The notes beneath the pieces were generated by a model that was given only the letters and a program-made list of their open reading frames with translations, did no database searches and was not told where the DNA came from. The translations under genes and the position numbers were made by a program. From Candidatus Dormiibacterota bacterium (GTDB lineage: Bacteria > Chloroflexota > Dormibacteria > Aeolococcales > Aeolococcaceae), in the NCBI GenBank assembly GCA_035995545.1, contig DASYKI010000016.1, positions 664,599 to 728,598 of the forward strand: 64,000 bases of DNA, written 5' to 3'. Numbering within the stretch: position 1 is the stretch's first letter; each line of letters starts with the position of its first letter. Shown in pieces: positions 39,888 through 49,608 of the stretch.

Positions 39888-40676
39888 ATGAGCGGCAACC
39901 GGCTGCGCGCGCGCTGGGACGCCGGCGAGGTGGCGGTGGGCGCGTGGTGCAGCCTGGGTTCGCCCTTCGCCGCCGAGCTCTGTGCCGCCGAGGGCTTCGA
40001 CTACGTGTGCGCCGACCTCCAGCACGGCCTCATGCACTTCGACACCCTGGGCCCGATGATGATCGCCGTCGGTCGCACCGCGGCGGCGCCCGTCGTGCGC
40101 GTGCCGGCCAACCAGCGGCACTACATGGGCATGGCCCTCGACGCCGGCGCCGAGGCGGTGATCGTGCCCATGGTCAACTCGCGCAGCGAGGCGGAGATGG
40201 CGGTCAGCGGCTGCCGCTACCCGCCGGAGGGCACGCGCAGCTTCGGGCCGGTGCGTGCCGGGATGTTCACGACCGGGTCGCCGGCGGCGATCAATCGCGG
40301 GGTGCTGTGCCTGGTGATGATCGAGACCATCGCGGCTGTCGAGCATGCCGGCGAGATCTGTTCGACGCCGGGCGTCGACGGCGTCTACATCGGGCCCGCC
40401 GACCTGGCCGTCAGCATGGGACTGGCGCCACAACTCGGCGACATGGGCAGTGCGCACGCGCAGGCCATCGCCCACGTGCGCGCAACCTGCGCCGCCAACG
40501 GCATCGTGGCCGGCATCCACACCGGCGGGGGCGAGCAGGCGGGCGACTACATCGACGCCGGCTTCCGGATGGTCACCCTGAGCACCGACGCGGCGCTGCT
40601 CAGGCAGGTGCACCGCACCGAGCTCGCCACCGCCCGCGGCCGCGCGCTGAGCTCGGCGGCAGCCCCGTCCCCCTAG
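39888..40676 (+). CDS. HpcH/HpaI-family aldolase (class II, divalent-metal; 2-keto-3-deoxy-acid aldolase-like)
   Basis: 262 aa; the pattern GAWCSLGSPFAAELCAAEGFDYVCADLQHG, later VMIETIAAVEH and GVDGVYIGPADL is typical of this TIM-barrel family. Confidence 0.75.
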   Translation: MSGNRLRARWDAGEVAVGAWCSLGSPFAAELCAAEGFDYVCADLQHGLMHFDTLGPMMIAVGRTAAAPVVRVPANQRHYMGMALDAGAEAVIVPMVNSRSEAEMAVSGCRYPPEGTRSFGPVRAGMFTTGSPAAINRGVLCLVMIETIAAVEHAGEICSTPGVDGVYIGPADLAVSMGLAPQLGDMGSAHAQAIAHVRATCAANGIVAGIHTGGGEQAGDYIDAGFRMVTLSTDAALLRQVHRTELATARGRALSSAAAPSP

Positions 40677-40690
40677 CTGTGGGCCGAGGC

Positions 40691-40726
40691 TTGACCGCCT
40701 GTCCGGCGATCGATTATGGTCTGACC
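40691..40726 (+). promoter_or_regulatory. sigma70-like promoter (-35 TTGACC, 18-bp spacer, -10 TATGGT) overlapped by palindrome GGTCTGACC (candidate GntR operator) - P3, upstream of the 12.5-kb SBP-to-Rieske-less operon
   Basis: gcTTGACCgcctgtccggcgatcgatTATGGTCTGACCatcagttgatcagt read from the sequence. A 7-codon mini-ORF ATGGCTGACACAATCGGAGCGTAG lies between it and the SBP start. Confidence 0.5.
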
Positions 40727-40769
40727 ATCAGTTGATCAGTATGGCTGACACAATCGGAGCGTAGACTGC

Positions 40770-42371
40770 GTGAACCGCTTCCCCCAGTACTCCAGCCGGC
40801 TCGCCGGCGTGGCGATCCTCGCCGTCAGCGCCGCTGCGTGTGGCAGCTCCTCGACCGCGTCGCCGAGCTCAGCGGCCTCCAGCGGGGGGACCCTGGTCAT
40901 CGCCATGACGGCGAGTGACCTGCCCGGCACGGACACCATCCTCGCTCTCGGCCAGGGCGGTGAGGGCCTGCGCTTCGTCGGCTTCCAGATCTACGAGACG
41001 CTGACCGCCGAGGACCTGACCCAGAGCACGACGCCGCCCACCATCAAGGGTGTGCTCGCCGAGTCGTGGACCATGGCCCCCGACGTCAAGACGTACACCT
41101 TCAAGCTGCGCCAGGGCGTGAAGTTCCAGGACGGCACGCCCTGGAACGCCGACGCGGCCATCTTCAACTTCCAGCGCTACATGGACAAGTCGTTCCAGTA
41201 CTACTACCCGGCGGTGGCCGGGGTCGCCGGGCTGGTCGACCATTCCATCGCCACCTACAAGAAGGTCGACGACGCCACCATCGAGCTCGTCACCAGCACT
41301 CCGTACGCCTTCCTGCCGCAGGACCTCTCGCTGCTGCCCATGGCCAGCCCGACGGCGGTGAAGGCGGTCGGCAACGACGCCTTCAAGGATCACCCCATCG
41401 GCACCGGCCCGTACGCCTTCAAGTCGCAGGTGCGCGGCCAGAACATGACCCTGGTTCGCAACGACACCTACTGGCGCGGCAAGCCCAGCCTGGACAAGAT
41501 CGTGCTGCGTCCCATCCCCGACCCGACCGCGCGCGTCGCCGCGCTGAAGTCCGGCGAGGTCAACTGGGCCGAGGCGGTCAACCCCAGCGACATCTCGGGC
41601 CTCACCGGCTCCGGCTTCCAGATCCTTACCAATCCCTACTCGCAGCAGTGGCGGTGCACTCTCGACTACACCAAGACGCCGTGGAACATCCCCGAAGTTC
41701 GCCAGGCAGCCAACTTCGCGCTGGATCGGGCCACCATGGTGGGCAGCATCCTGAAGAACACCGCGGTGGCGGCATACCAGGCGGCCTCGCCGGTGGACCC
41801 CGGGTACGACGCCAGCCTCGGCGTGTACTCGTTCGACCAGGCCAAGGCCAAGGACCTGCTCAGCAAGGCCGGCTATCCCAACGGGTTCGACACCACGCTG
41901 ACCGTGCCCACCTCGGGCTCGGGCAACATGGTTCCCGTCCCGATGGCCGAGCAGATCCAGTCGGACCTCGCCAAGGTCGGCATCCGCATCAAGGTGACGC
42001 CGATGGACTGGACCACCCTCAACGCGGAGCAGGGTGCGGGCAAGATGCCCGGTGGCGCCGACATGTCCTGCTGGGCCACCACCCTGCTGATCCCCGGGTT
42101 CTGGGGTATCTGGTTCGGTTCCACGTCGCCGGGCAACGTCAACCATGTCAAGAACGCCACCGCCGACGCGCTGCTCGCCAAGGTCCCCGGCGACGGCGAT
42201 CCCGCCACCCTGGCCAGCGATTTCAAGACCCTCAACAAGACGCTGACCGCCGACGGCGCCTGGCTGTTCGTCGCCAACGACAAGAACCCGCGCGCCCTGG
42301 CCAAGACCGTCCACGGGTTCGTCGACCCGCAGTCGTGGTTCGCCAACCTCACGACGGTCACCGTGTCGTGA
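40770..42371 (+). CDS. ABC transporter substrate-binding lipoprotein, family 5 (peptide/nickel/opine type)
   Basis: Has a lipoprotein signal (AILAVSAAACGSS) and SBP_bac_5-like size and pattern. GGAG lies 10 nt upstream of the GTG start. Confidence 0.8.
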   Translation: MNRFPQYSSRLAGVAILAVSAAACGSSSTASPSSAASSGGTLVIAMTASDLPGTDTILALGQGGEGLRFVGFQIYETLTAEDLTQSTTPPTIKGVLAESWTMAPDVKTYTFKLRQGVKFQDGTPWNADAAIFNFQRYMDKSFQYYYPAVAGVAGLVDHSIATYKKVDDATIELVTSTPYAFLPQDLSLLPMASPTAVKAVGNDAFKDHPIGTGPYAFKSQVRGQNMTLVRNDTYWRGKPSLDKIVLRPIPDPTARVAALKSGEVNWAEAVNPSDISGLTGSGFQILTNPYSQQWRCTLDYTKTPWNIPEVRQAANFALDRATMVGSILKNTAVAAYQAASPVDPGYDASLGVYSFDQAKAKDLLSKAGYPNGFDTTLTVPTSGSGNMVPVPMAEQIQSDLAKVGIRIKVTPMDWTTLNAEQGAGKMPGGADMSCWATTLLIPGFWGIWFGSTSPGNVNHVKNATADALLAKVPGDGDPATLASDFKTLNKTLTADGAWLFVANDKNPRALAKTVHGFVDPQSWFANLTTVTVS

Positions 42372-43714
42372 CCTCCGGAGCGGAACGCGCGGGCCGCGGC
42401 GCCGGCCGCGACTACGACCAGCTGGTGCAGCGGTCCCGCGTTCACCGCTCTGTGTACGTCGACGGCGACATCTTCGCCGAGGAGATGCGCAAGATCTTCG
42501 GTGCCGTGTGGACCTACCTCGGCCACGAGAGCGAGATCCCTGAGGCCAACGACTTCAAGGCGACGCGGCTGGGTCTGCGACCCGTGCTGCTCACCCGCGC
42601 GCAGGACGGCAGCATCCACGCGCTGCTCAACCGCTGCATGCACCGCGGCACCGTGGTCTGCACCGCGGCGTCGGGCAACGCGCGCAGCTTCACCTGCAGC
42701 TATCACGGCTGGACGTACTCCAACACCGGCAAGCTCACCGGCGTTCCCTTTCCCGGCGGGACCGGCCCCGACTTCGACCGCAGCGAGCTCTCGCTGCTGG
42801 CACTGCCGCAGGTGGAGTCGTACCGGGGATTCATCTTCGGCGTGCTCGACGCCAAGGCGCCGTCGCTGCGCGAGTACCTGGGCCCGGCGGCGGCGCTGCT
42901 CGACGAGTGGATCGGAGGCGGCCGGTCGCGTCGACTTGTGCTGCGTCACGGCGCCCGGCGCATCGCGGCCAACGCCAACTGGAAGCTGTACCTCGACGGC
43001 GCCGCCGACGGGCTGCACCCGCTGTTCACCCACCGCTCCTTCATCGAGCTCTGCTCGTCGCGCTATCGCCCCGGACTCTTTCTCTCCGAGTTCCGGCGCG
43101 ATCCCGACGACTCCGAGATGTACTCGCAGATCATGCCCAACGGCCACCAGTACCTCGACCAGCGGCCGAGCATGACACCGACGCGCTGGAGCGCGGCGCG
43201 GCCGATGCCCGGCATGGAACACGGTGTCGAGCGCATCCGGGCGACGCACGGCGAGCGCGCCGACGCGGTGCTGGAGCAGGCGGCGTTTGCGGGAATGAAC
43301 ATCTTCATCTTCCCCAACCTGTCCCTGGTGGACAACAACATCGGCGTCATCCAGCCGGTGGCCGCCAACCGCACCGAGATCCACTGGTACCCGGTCACCC
43401 TCTCCGACCAGCTCGACGAGACCCTGGCGTTGCGCATGCGCAACGGCGAGGACTCGGACAACTTCGTCAACGTCGACGACGTCGAGAACTGGGAGCGTGC
43501 CCAGGAGGGACTGGAGAACGTTCCCGAGGCCGAGTGGCTGCACACCGGCAGGGGCATCGGCACCTCCGAGCCCTACGACGAGTCGCAGGGCGTGGCCACC
43601 GTCGCGATCACCAACGAGGAGCCGATGCGTGCCTACCAGCAGGTGTGGAAGCGCCTGATGCAGGCACCGGCGCCGTCGCTGTCCGGAGTCGCGGAGGGCT
43701 CGGTGCCGGCATGA
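42368..43714 (+). CDS. Rieske non-heme iron aromatic-ring-hydroxylating oxygenase, alpha subunit
   Basis: Rieske ligands CMH-x17-CSYH (NRCMHRGTVVC..FTCSYHGW). A catalytic domain with the GLHPLFTHRS iron-binding His pair follows. The GTG start overlaps the SBP stop. Confidence 0.8.
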   Translation: MTSGAERAGRGAGRDYDQLVQRSRVHRSVYVDGDIFAEEMRKIFGAVWTYLGHESEIPEANDFKATRLGLRPVLLTRAQDGSIHALLNRCMHRGTVVCTAASGNARSFTCSYHGWTYSNTGKLTGVPFPGGTGPDFDRSELSLLALPQVESYRGFIFGVLDAKAPSLREYLGPAAALLDEWIGGGRSRRLVLRHGARRIAANANWKLYLDGAADGLHPLFTHRSFIELCSSRYRPGLFLSEFRRDPDDSEMYSQIMPNGHQYLDQRPSMTPTRWSAARPMPGMEHGVERIRATHGERADAVLEQAAFAGMNIFIFPNLSLVDNNIGVIQPVAANRTEIHWYPVTLSDQLDETLALRMRNGEDSDNFVNVDDVENWERAQEGLENVPEAEWLHTGRGIGTSEPYDESQGVATVAITNEEPMRAYQQVWKRLMQAPAPSLSGVAEGSVPA

Positions 43715-44301
43715 CCGAGGCCAACGGCAGCTGGGCCACCAACGAGGGCTCGCGCTACGTCACCGACGAGCTGTACGAACAGCTGCGCGAGGCCGCAGCG
43801 CGGTCGAACACGCTCGGCCGCAGCCTCGACGCGGCGGCAACCGCCGAGGCCGCGTCGCTGGTGCACTTCGAGGCGCGGCTGCTCGACGAGGGGCGGTACG
43901 GGGAGTGGACCGCGCTGTTCACCGAGGACTGCATCTACTGGGTGCCGATCACCCCGGGCGGCGGCGATCCGCGCAGCGAATGGAGCCTGGTCTTCGACGA
44001 CCGGCGCCGCCTGCTCGACCGCGTCGCCTGGCTGGAGGCCGGCTGGGTGCATCCTCGCAACCCGGCGCCCACCACCTGCCGCCTGGTGAGCAACGTCGAG
44101 GCCTTCGACCAGCCGGACGGCATGCGCCTGGTGCGCAGCAACTTCTGCATCCACGAGTCGCGCCGCGGCCGCATGCGCACCTGGGTGGGGTCCTACGAGC
44201 ACGTGCTCCGGCGCGACGGCGACGCGTGGCTGATCCACCGCAAGCGCGCGATGCTGGTGGACTCGGCGGAGGCCCACGAGAACCTCGTCATCATCCTCTG
44301 A
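43711..44301 (+). CDS. ring-hydroxylating dioxygenase beta subunit (NTF2/SnoaL-like fold)
   Basis: ~196 aa; conserved FEARLLDEGRYGEWTALFTEDCIYWVP pattern typical of beta subunits; ATGA overlap with alpha. Confidence 0.7.
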   Translation: MTEANGSWATNEGSRYVTDELYEQLREAAARSNTLGRSLDAAATAEAASLVHFEARLLDEGRYGEWTALFTEDCIYWVPITPGGGDPRSEWSLVFDDRRRLLDRVAWLEAGWVHPRNPAPTTCRLVSNVEAFDQPDGMRLVRSNFCIHESRRGRMRTWVGSYEHVLRRDGDAWLIHRKRAMLVDSAEAHENLVIIL

Positions 44302-44308
44302 CGCCGAG

Positions 44309-45253
44309 ATGCTGCGATACACCGCCAAGCGCATCGGGCTGATCCTGCCGATCCTCCTCGGTGTGTCGCTGGTCGTGTTCGTGCTGCTGCATCTCACCCC
44401 CGGCAGCCCCGTCGACGCGCTGCTCGGGCCGATCGGGACCCCGCAGCAGCGGGCCAGCCTGGAGCACGACCTGGGCCTGGCGCAACCGCTGCCGGTGCAG
44501 TACTTCTCGTGGCTGCGCGGCATCGCCACCGGCAACCTGGGGACGTCGATCGCCGCGCAGTCGCCGGTGCTGCCGATCATCTCCGACGCCTTCCTCAACA
44601 CGCTGATCCTCACGGCGTTCGCGGGCGCCGTGGCGGTGATCGGCGGCCTGGTGCTGGGCACGCTGTGGGCGACCAGCCCGCACGCGGCGGTCCGCCGTGT
44701 CGCGGCCGCGCTGTCCGTCTCCGCGCTGTCGGCGCCGCAGTACGCGGTCGCGGTCATCCTCATCGTCGTGGTCGGTGTCCAGCTGCAGTGGCTTCCCGTC
44801 GGTGGCATGTACAGCTCCATCGACGGCGGTGGGCTGGTCGACCTGGGCCGGCACATCGTGCTGCCGGGGATCGCGGCGGCGCTGGTGCCGCTGGGGATCA
44901 TCGCGCGCATGTTCCGCGCCTCGCTGCTGGACGTGCTCGACCAGGGCTTCGTGGAAAGCCTCACCGCGCGCGGGCTGTCGCGCGCCCGAGTTCTGGCCCA
45001 CGCCGCCCACAACGCGATGCCGCCGATGCTCACCGTCGCCGGGCTGCAGTTCGGCTACCTGCTCGGCGGCGTGCTCTTCGTCGAGGTGATCTTCGTCTGG
45101 CCGGGCATGGGTCTCGCCGTCTACCAGGCGATCACCCAGCGCGACTACCCGATCATCCAGGCGGGCGTCCTCCTCGGCGCGTTCGCCTTCGTAGCCCTCA
45201 ACCTCGTCGTCGACGTGCTGCACGCCGCCGTCGACCCGCGCATCCGCCACTGA
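44309..45253 (+). CDS. ABC transporter permease (DppB/OppB-like)
   Basis: 314 aa, 6 TM, BPD_transp_1 with N-terminal MLRYTAKRIGLILPILLGVSLVVFVLLHLTPG. Confidence 0.8.
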   Translation: MLRYTAKRIGLILPILLGVSLVVFVLLHLTPGSPVDALLGPIGTPQQRASLEHDLGLAQPLPVQYFSWLRGIATGNLGTSIAAQSPVLPIISDAFLNTLILTAFAGAVAVIGGLVLGTLWATSPHAAVRRVAAALSVSALSAPQYAVAVILIVVVGVQLQWLPVGGMYSSIDGGGLVDLGRHIVLPGIAAALVPLGIIARMFRASLLDVLDQGFVESLTARGLSRARVLAHAAHNAMPPMLTVAGLQFGYLLGGVLFVEVIFVWPGMGLAVYQAITQRDYPIIQAGVLLGAFAFVALNLVVDVLHAAVDPRIRH

Positions 45254-45258
45254 GACGC

Positions 45259-46176
45259 ATGCTGAGCACCACCGACGTCCCACTCCGCCGCGGCTCGCGC
45301 CCGGCGCCACCGCCGGGTGCGCGCACCGCGACGCGCGGCCGCCGCCTGTGGGCCGTGGCTCGCCGCCACCCCGCGGCCGCGGTGGCGGCCGGGTTCCTGC
45401 TCGTTCTCGCCGCCGCCTCGCTGTGCGCACCGATCCTGCCGCTGCCCGACCCGGTGCGCGTCGACTCGCCAAGCGCCACCTTGGGTTTCGGCACCGCCGG
45501 CCACCTGCTGGGAACCGACCGCCTGGGCCGCGACATCCTCAGCAGGCTGATCTGGGGCGCGCGACCCTCGTTGATCATGGGCCTGGCTCCGGTGCTCATC
45601 GGCGGCTTCATCGGCACCACGCTCGGGGTCACGGCGGGGATGTCCGGGCCCCGGGTGCGCGCCGTGATCATGCGCACCCTCGACGTCTTCTACGCCTTTC
45701 CCGCGGTGCTGCTGGCCATCGCCATCGCCGCCGCGCTGGGCGCGGGCATGACCACCGCCATCATCGCCATCACCGTGATCGTGGTGCCGCCGGTGGCGCG
45801 GCTCGCCGAGAGCGAGGTGCTCGGCATGATGCGCAAGGACTTCATGCTGTCCGCGCGCGCCAGCGGGGCGCGCCAGCTCAGCATCGCGCTGCGCCAGGTG
45901 ATGCCCAACGTCGCCGGTCCGCTGGTGGTGTACTGCACGGCGCTGGTCGGGCTCTCCATCGTGTACGCGGCGGGTCTCGGGTTTCTCGGGCTCGGCCTCA
46001 ACCCACCCACCCCGGAGTGGGGCGCGATGGTCAACGAGCTGCGCACCCTGGTGTTCAGCCAGCCGTGGGTGTCGCTGACACCTGCGGTGGTGCTGCTGCT
46101 GGTGTCGATCGCCTTCAACGTGCTCGGTGACGGGCTGCGCGACGTGCTCGCGGTGGGACGGGGGACACAGCTGTGA
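45259..46176 (+). CDS. ABC transporter permease (DppC/OppC-like)
   Basis: EAA-like loop and 6 TM; the ATG at 45259 sits just after the DppB stop. Confidence 0.8.
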   Translation: MLSTTDVPLRRGSRPAPPPGARTATRGRRLWAVARRHPAAAVAAGFLLVLAAASLCAPILPLPDPVRVDSPSATLGFGTAGHLLGTDRLGRDILSRLIWGARPSLIMGLAPVLIGGFIGTTLGVTAGMSGPRVRAVIMRTLDVFYAFPAVLLAIAIAAALGAGMTTAIIAITVIVVPPVARLAESEVLGMMRKDFMLSARASGARQLSIALRQVMPNVAGPLVVYCTALVGLSIVYAAGLGFLGLGLNPPTPEWGAMVNELRTLVFSQPWVSLTPAVVLLLVSIAFNVLGDGLRDVLAVGRGTQL

Positions 46177-47228
46177 GCATGGTCAGCACCGGCCTCGCCG
46201 CCACCGCGCGCGCCAGCTCTGAGCGCGACGATGCCGCAGCGCTGGCCGTCGACGACCTCGAGGTGGTGATCGCCGCCACCGGACGGCGGGTGCACGCGGT
46301 GCAGGGCGTCAGCTTCGCGGTGGCTCCCGGCGGGACGCGCATCCTGCTCGGTGAGAGCGGCTGCGGCAAGTCGGCCACGCTGCGCGCCGTGATGCGCCTG
46401 TTCGGCCGCGACACGGTGATCCGCGGCAGGGTCCGGCTCGACGGGCACGACCTGCTCACCCTGCCCGACCGCGACATGCGCTCCGTGCGCGGCCGCGATG
46501 TCGCCCTGGTGCCGCAGGATCCCAATGCAGCCCTCGACCCGCTGCGACGCGTCGGCGGCCAGCTCGCCGAGCAGCTGCGCGCGCATCAGCCCGACATGGG
46601 CCGGCGCCAGGCGAGCCGGCGTGCCGAGGAGCTGCTGCACATGGTGCGCCTGCCCGATCCCAGGAGTGCCGCGCGTGCGTTTCCCCACGAGCTGTCGGGC
46701 GGCATGCGCCAGCGCGTGGCCATCGCCCTGGCGGTGAGCTGCTCGCCCAAGGTGCTGCTCGCCGACGAGCCGACCACCGCGCTCGACGTCACCGTGCAGG
46801 CGCAGATCCTCGAACTGCTCGCCGGGCTGCAGCAGACCATGCAGATGGCCCTGCTGCTGGTCACCCACGACGTCGGCGTCGTCCGCGAGCTGGGTGGGTC
46901 GATCAGCGTGATGTACGCCGGCCGCGTGGTCGAGGACGGTGCGGTCGCCGACGTCCTCGACCGTCCCGCCCATCCGTACCTGGCCGGACTGCTCGCCTCG
47001 CAGCCCGGTCCCGGCGTGGCCCGCGGCGGGCTGATCCCGATCGCGGGACAGCCGCCGTCGCTGGAGGAGAGTGCGCTGGTGCGGGGGTGCGCGTTCCACG
47101 AGCGCTGCGCCTCCGCGCGCGAGCAGTGCACGCGGGCGCAGCCGCCGCTGGTTGCGGTCAGGCCTGGCCATGACGCCGCCTGCCCGGTGTGGAACCCACC
47201 GCAGGGCGGCGAGGCGGTGCAGCCGTGA
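46173..47228 (+). CDS. ABC transporter ATP-binding protein (DppD-like, with C-terminal oligopeptide extension)
   Basis: Walker A GESGCGKS, signature LSGGMRQR, Walker B LLADEPTTALD. Confidence 0.8.
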   Translation: MSMVSTGLAATARASSERDDAAALAVDDLEVVIAATGRRVHAVQGVSFAVAPGGTRILLGESGCGKSATLRAVMRLFGRDTVIRGRVRLDGHDLLTLPDRDMRSVRGRDVALVPQDPNAALDPLRRVGGQLAEQLRAHQPDMGRRQASRRAEELLHMVRLPDPRSAARAFPHELSGGMRQRVAIALAVSCSPKVLLADEPTTALDVTVQAQILELLAGLQQTMQMALLLVTHDVGVVRELGGSISVMYAGRVVEDGAVADVLDRPAHPYLAGLLASQPGPGVARGGLIPIAGQPPSLEESALVRGCAFHERCASAREQCTRAQPPLVAVRPGHDAACPVWNPPQGGEAVQP

Positions 47229-48232
47229 CGCCGCTGCTGGAGGTGACCGGGCTGCACAAGACGTACGACAACGGCGTGCGCGCCGTCAACGGCATCGACC
47301 TGCACGTCGATCGTGGCGAGACGCTCGGCGTGGTCGGCGAGTCGGGCTCGGGAAAGTCGACAGCCGCGCGGCTGATCCTGCGACTCACCGAGCCGGACGC
47401 CGGGGCGGTGCGGCTCGAAGGCGAGGACGTGCTGGCGATGCGCGGTCGCCGCCTGCGCGAGGCGCGGGGCCGGATGCAGTTCGTGCCGCAGGACCCCGCC
47501 AGCGCGCTCAACCCGCGCATGACGGTGCGGCAGAGCATCGAGTTCAACCTGCGCGCCCACCGCTGGCCGGCGCCGGCGCGGCGCGAACGCATTGCCGAGC
47601 TCCTCGACGCCGTCGGCCTGGGTGCGGAGATGAGCGGGCGGCGTCCACACGAGCTGTCGGGCGGGCAGGTGCAGCGTGTCGCCCTGGCGCGTGCACTGGC
47701 AACACGTCCCGACCTGGTCATCTGCGACGAGCCGGTGTCCGGTCTCGACCGCAGCGTCCAGGCACAGGTGCTCAACCTGCTGGTGCGGCTGCAGCGCGAG
47801 CTCGGTGTGGCCATGATCTTCATCTCCCACGACCTCACCGTCGTGGAGCACATCGCCGACCGTGTCGCGGTGATGTACCTCGGCACCGTGGTCGAGGAGG
47901 CCAGTGCCGAACGCTTGTGGCACAACGCCATGCACCCGTACTCCCGCGCGCTGCTGTCGGCGATCCCGGGGACGTCGGGGGCGCGCATCATCCTGGAGGG
48001 TGATCCGCCGAGCCCGCGCGCCGTGCCGTCCGGCTGCGTGTTCAGCTCGCGGTGCGCATACGCGATCGACGAGTGCAGGCGTGCCGTCCCGCCGCTGGAG
48101 GACAGGGGCGCGCACCAGCGGGTCGCCTGCATCCGCGCACCGATCGCGTGGGCCGAGCTCTCGCCCCTCGATCCCGCCTCGCTGAATGCGAGTCGTGGCG
48201 CGAGCAACGGCCTCACGGCACACCCCGCGTGA
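47225..48232 (+). CDS. ABC transporter ATP-binding protein (DppF-like)
   Basis: Walker A GESGSGKST, signature LSGGQVQR, Walker B VICDEPVSGLD; GTG start overlapping the previous stop. Confidence 0.8.
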   Translation: MTPLLEVTGLHKTYDNGVRAVNGIDLHVDRGETLGVVGESGSGKSTAARLILRLTEPDAGAVRLEGEDVLAMRGRRLREARGRMQFVPQDPASALNPRMTVRQSIEFNLRAHRWPAPARRERIAELLDAVGLGAEMSGRRPHELSGGQVQRVALARALATRPDLVICDEPVSGLDRSVQAQVLNLLVRLQRELGVAMIFISHDLTVVEHIADRVAVMYLGTVVEEASAERLWHNAMHPYSRALLSAIPGTSGARIILEGDPPSPRAVPSGCVFSSRCAYAIDECRRAVPPLEDRGAHQRVACIRAPIAWAELSPLDPASLNASRGASNGLTAHPA

Positions 48233-49608
48233 TCGACCTCCTGCTGACCAACGCGGAGGTGGTGACGCCCTCGGGAGTCGTGCACGGAGACGTGGCCGTC
48301 GACGGCGGGCGCATCGTCGCGGTGGGGCAGGATGCCGGCGACGCACGGCGAGTCATCGACGTCGACGGGCGCATCGTGATGCCCGGTGTCTTCGACCCGC
48401 ACGTCCACTTCGGCCTGGCCGGGACCTACGGCGACGACACCATGCTGGAGGACTTCCGGCACAACACGCGCGACTGCCTGGTCGGCGGTGTCACCACCGT
48501 GGCCACGACCACCCTGCCCGGCGCCGACCTGGTCGTCGAGTACGAGCGCACCGCCGCGGTCGCCGTGGGGCATTCGTGGTGTGACTACCGGCTCGTCTCC
48601 ATCGTCGGACGGCGACCCCAGGTGGCCCAGATCCGCGAGGTGGTGGCCCGCGGCGGCACCGCCTTCAAGTTCTTCACCGGCATGGTGGGCAACGAGGCGG
48701 TGGCCCTGGGCGGAACCCCGGAGGGCATTCCCCCCGACTTCTTCCTGGAGGCGTGCGACGCGCTGCGCGCCACCGGCAGCGGTGCCTTCCCGATGATCCA
48801 CGCGGAGGAGCCGTCGGTGCGCGGCGCGCTGCTCGACCGCGTCCGCCGCTCGGGTCGTGCTGACCACCTGGTCGCCTGGGCGGACGCCAGTCCCGCGTGG
48901 GCGGAGAGTGCGCAGATCTACGGCTACGGGCTGGTGGCGCGCCAGGCCCGCGTTCCGCTGTATCCCGTCCATCTCAGCGCCGCGGAGAGCATCGACACCG
49001 TCGCCGTCCTGCAGAGCCAGGGATTCGACGTGCCCGCCGAGACCGTCGTCCACTACCTGTGCACCACCGCGGACGAGATCCAGCTCGCCGGCCTGGGTGT
49101 CCGGGCCAAGGTGCAGCCGCCGATCCGCTTCGAGCGCGACCGGCAGCGCCTCTGGCGCGGCATCGCCGAGGGCACCATCAAGGTGGTCGGCACCGACAGC
49201 GGCACGTACTCGCTGAGCATGCGCCAGGGTCCCGACTTCTGGGAGTGCCGCGTCGGCCTGCCGCTGCAGGTGGCCGACACCCTGCCGCTGATGTACACCG
49301 AGGGTGTCGCCGCCGGACACATCGACCTGCTCACCCTGTCCCAGGTGCTCAGTGCGAATGCGGCGCGGCTGCACGGGATCTACCCGCGCAAGGGAGCCAT
49401 CGCGCCGGGCAGCGACGCCGACATCGTGGTGATCGACCAGCACACTCCGGTGCGGCTGGGGGCGCACCGCTATCGCGGGCACACCGACTACACGCTGTGG
49501 GAGGGCCGCGAGGTGACCGGTGTGCCGGTGATGACCTTCCTGCGCGGCAAGCTGGTCATGCAGGACGGCGAGATCGTCGACGAGGTGCCCACCGGTGTCG
49601 CCGTCTAG
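48229..49608 (+). CDS. cyclic amidohydrolase (hydantoinase/dihydropyrimidinase-like, amidohydrolase superfamily)
   Basis: HxH metal motif in PGVFDPHVHFGLAG; candidate carboxylated-lysine context FKFFTGM; the GTG start overlaps the previous stop. Confidence 0.7.
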   Translation: MIDLLLTNAEVVTPSGVVHGDVAVDGGRIVAVGQDAGDARRVIDVDGRIVMPGVFDPHVHFGLAGTYGDDTMLEDFRHNTRDCLVGGVTTVATTTLPGADLVVEYERTAAVAVGHSWCDYRLVSIVGRRPQVAQIREVVARGGTAFKFFTGMVGNEAVALGGTPEGIPPDFFLEACDALRATGSGAFPMIHAEEPSVRGALLDRVRRSGRADHLVAWADASPAWAESAQIYGYGLVARQARVPLYPVHLSAAESIDTVAVLQSQGFDVPAETVVHYLCTTADEIQLAGLGVRAKVQPPIRFERDRQRLWRGIAEGTIKVVGTDSGTYSLSMRQGPDFWECRVGLPLQVADTLPLMYTEGVAAGHIDLLTLSQVLSANAARLHGIYPRKGAIAPGSDADIVVIDQHTPVRLGAHRYRGHTDYTLWEGREVTGVPVMTFLRGKLVMQDGEIVDEVPTGVAV

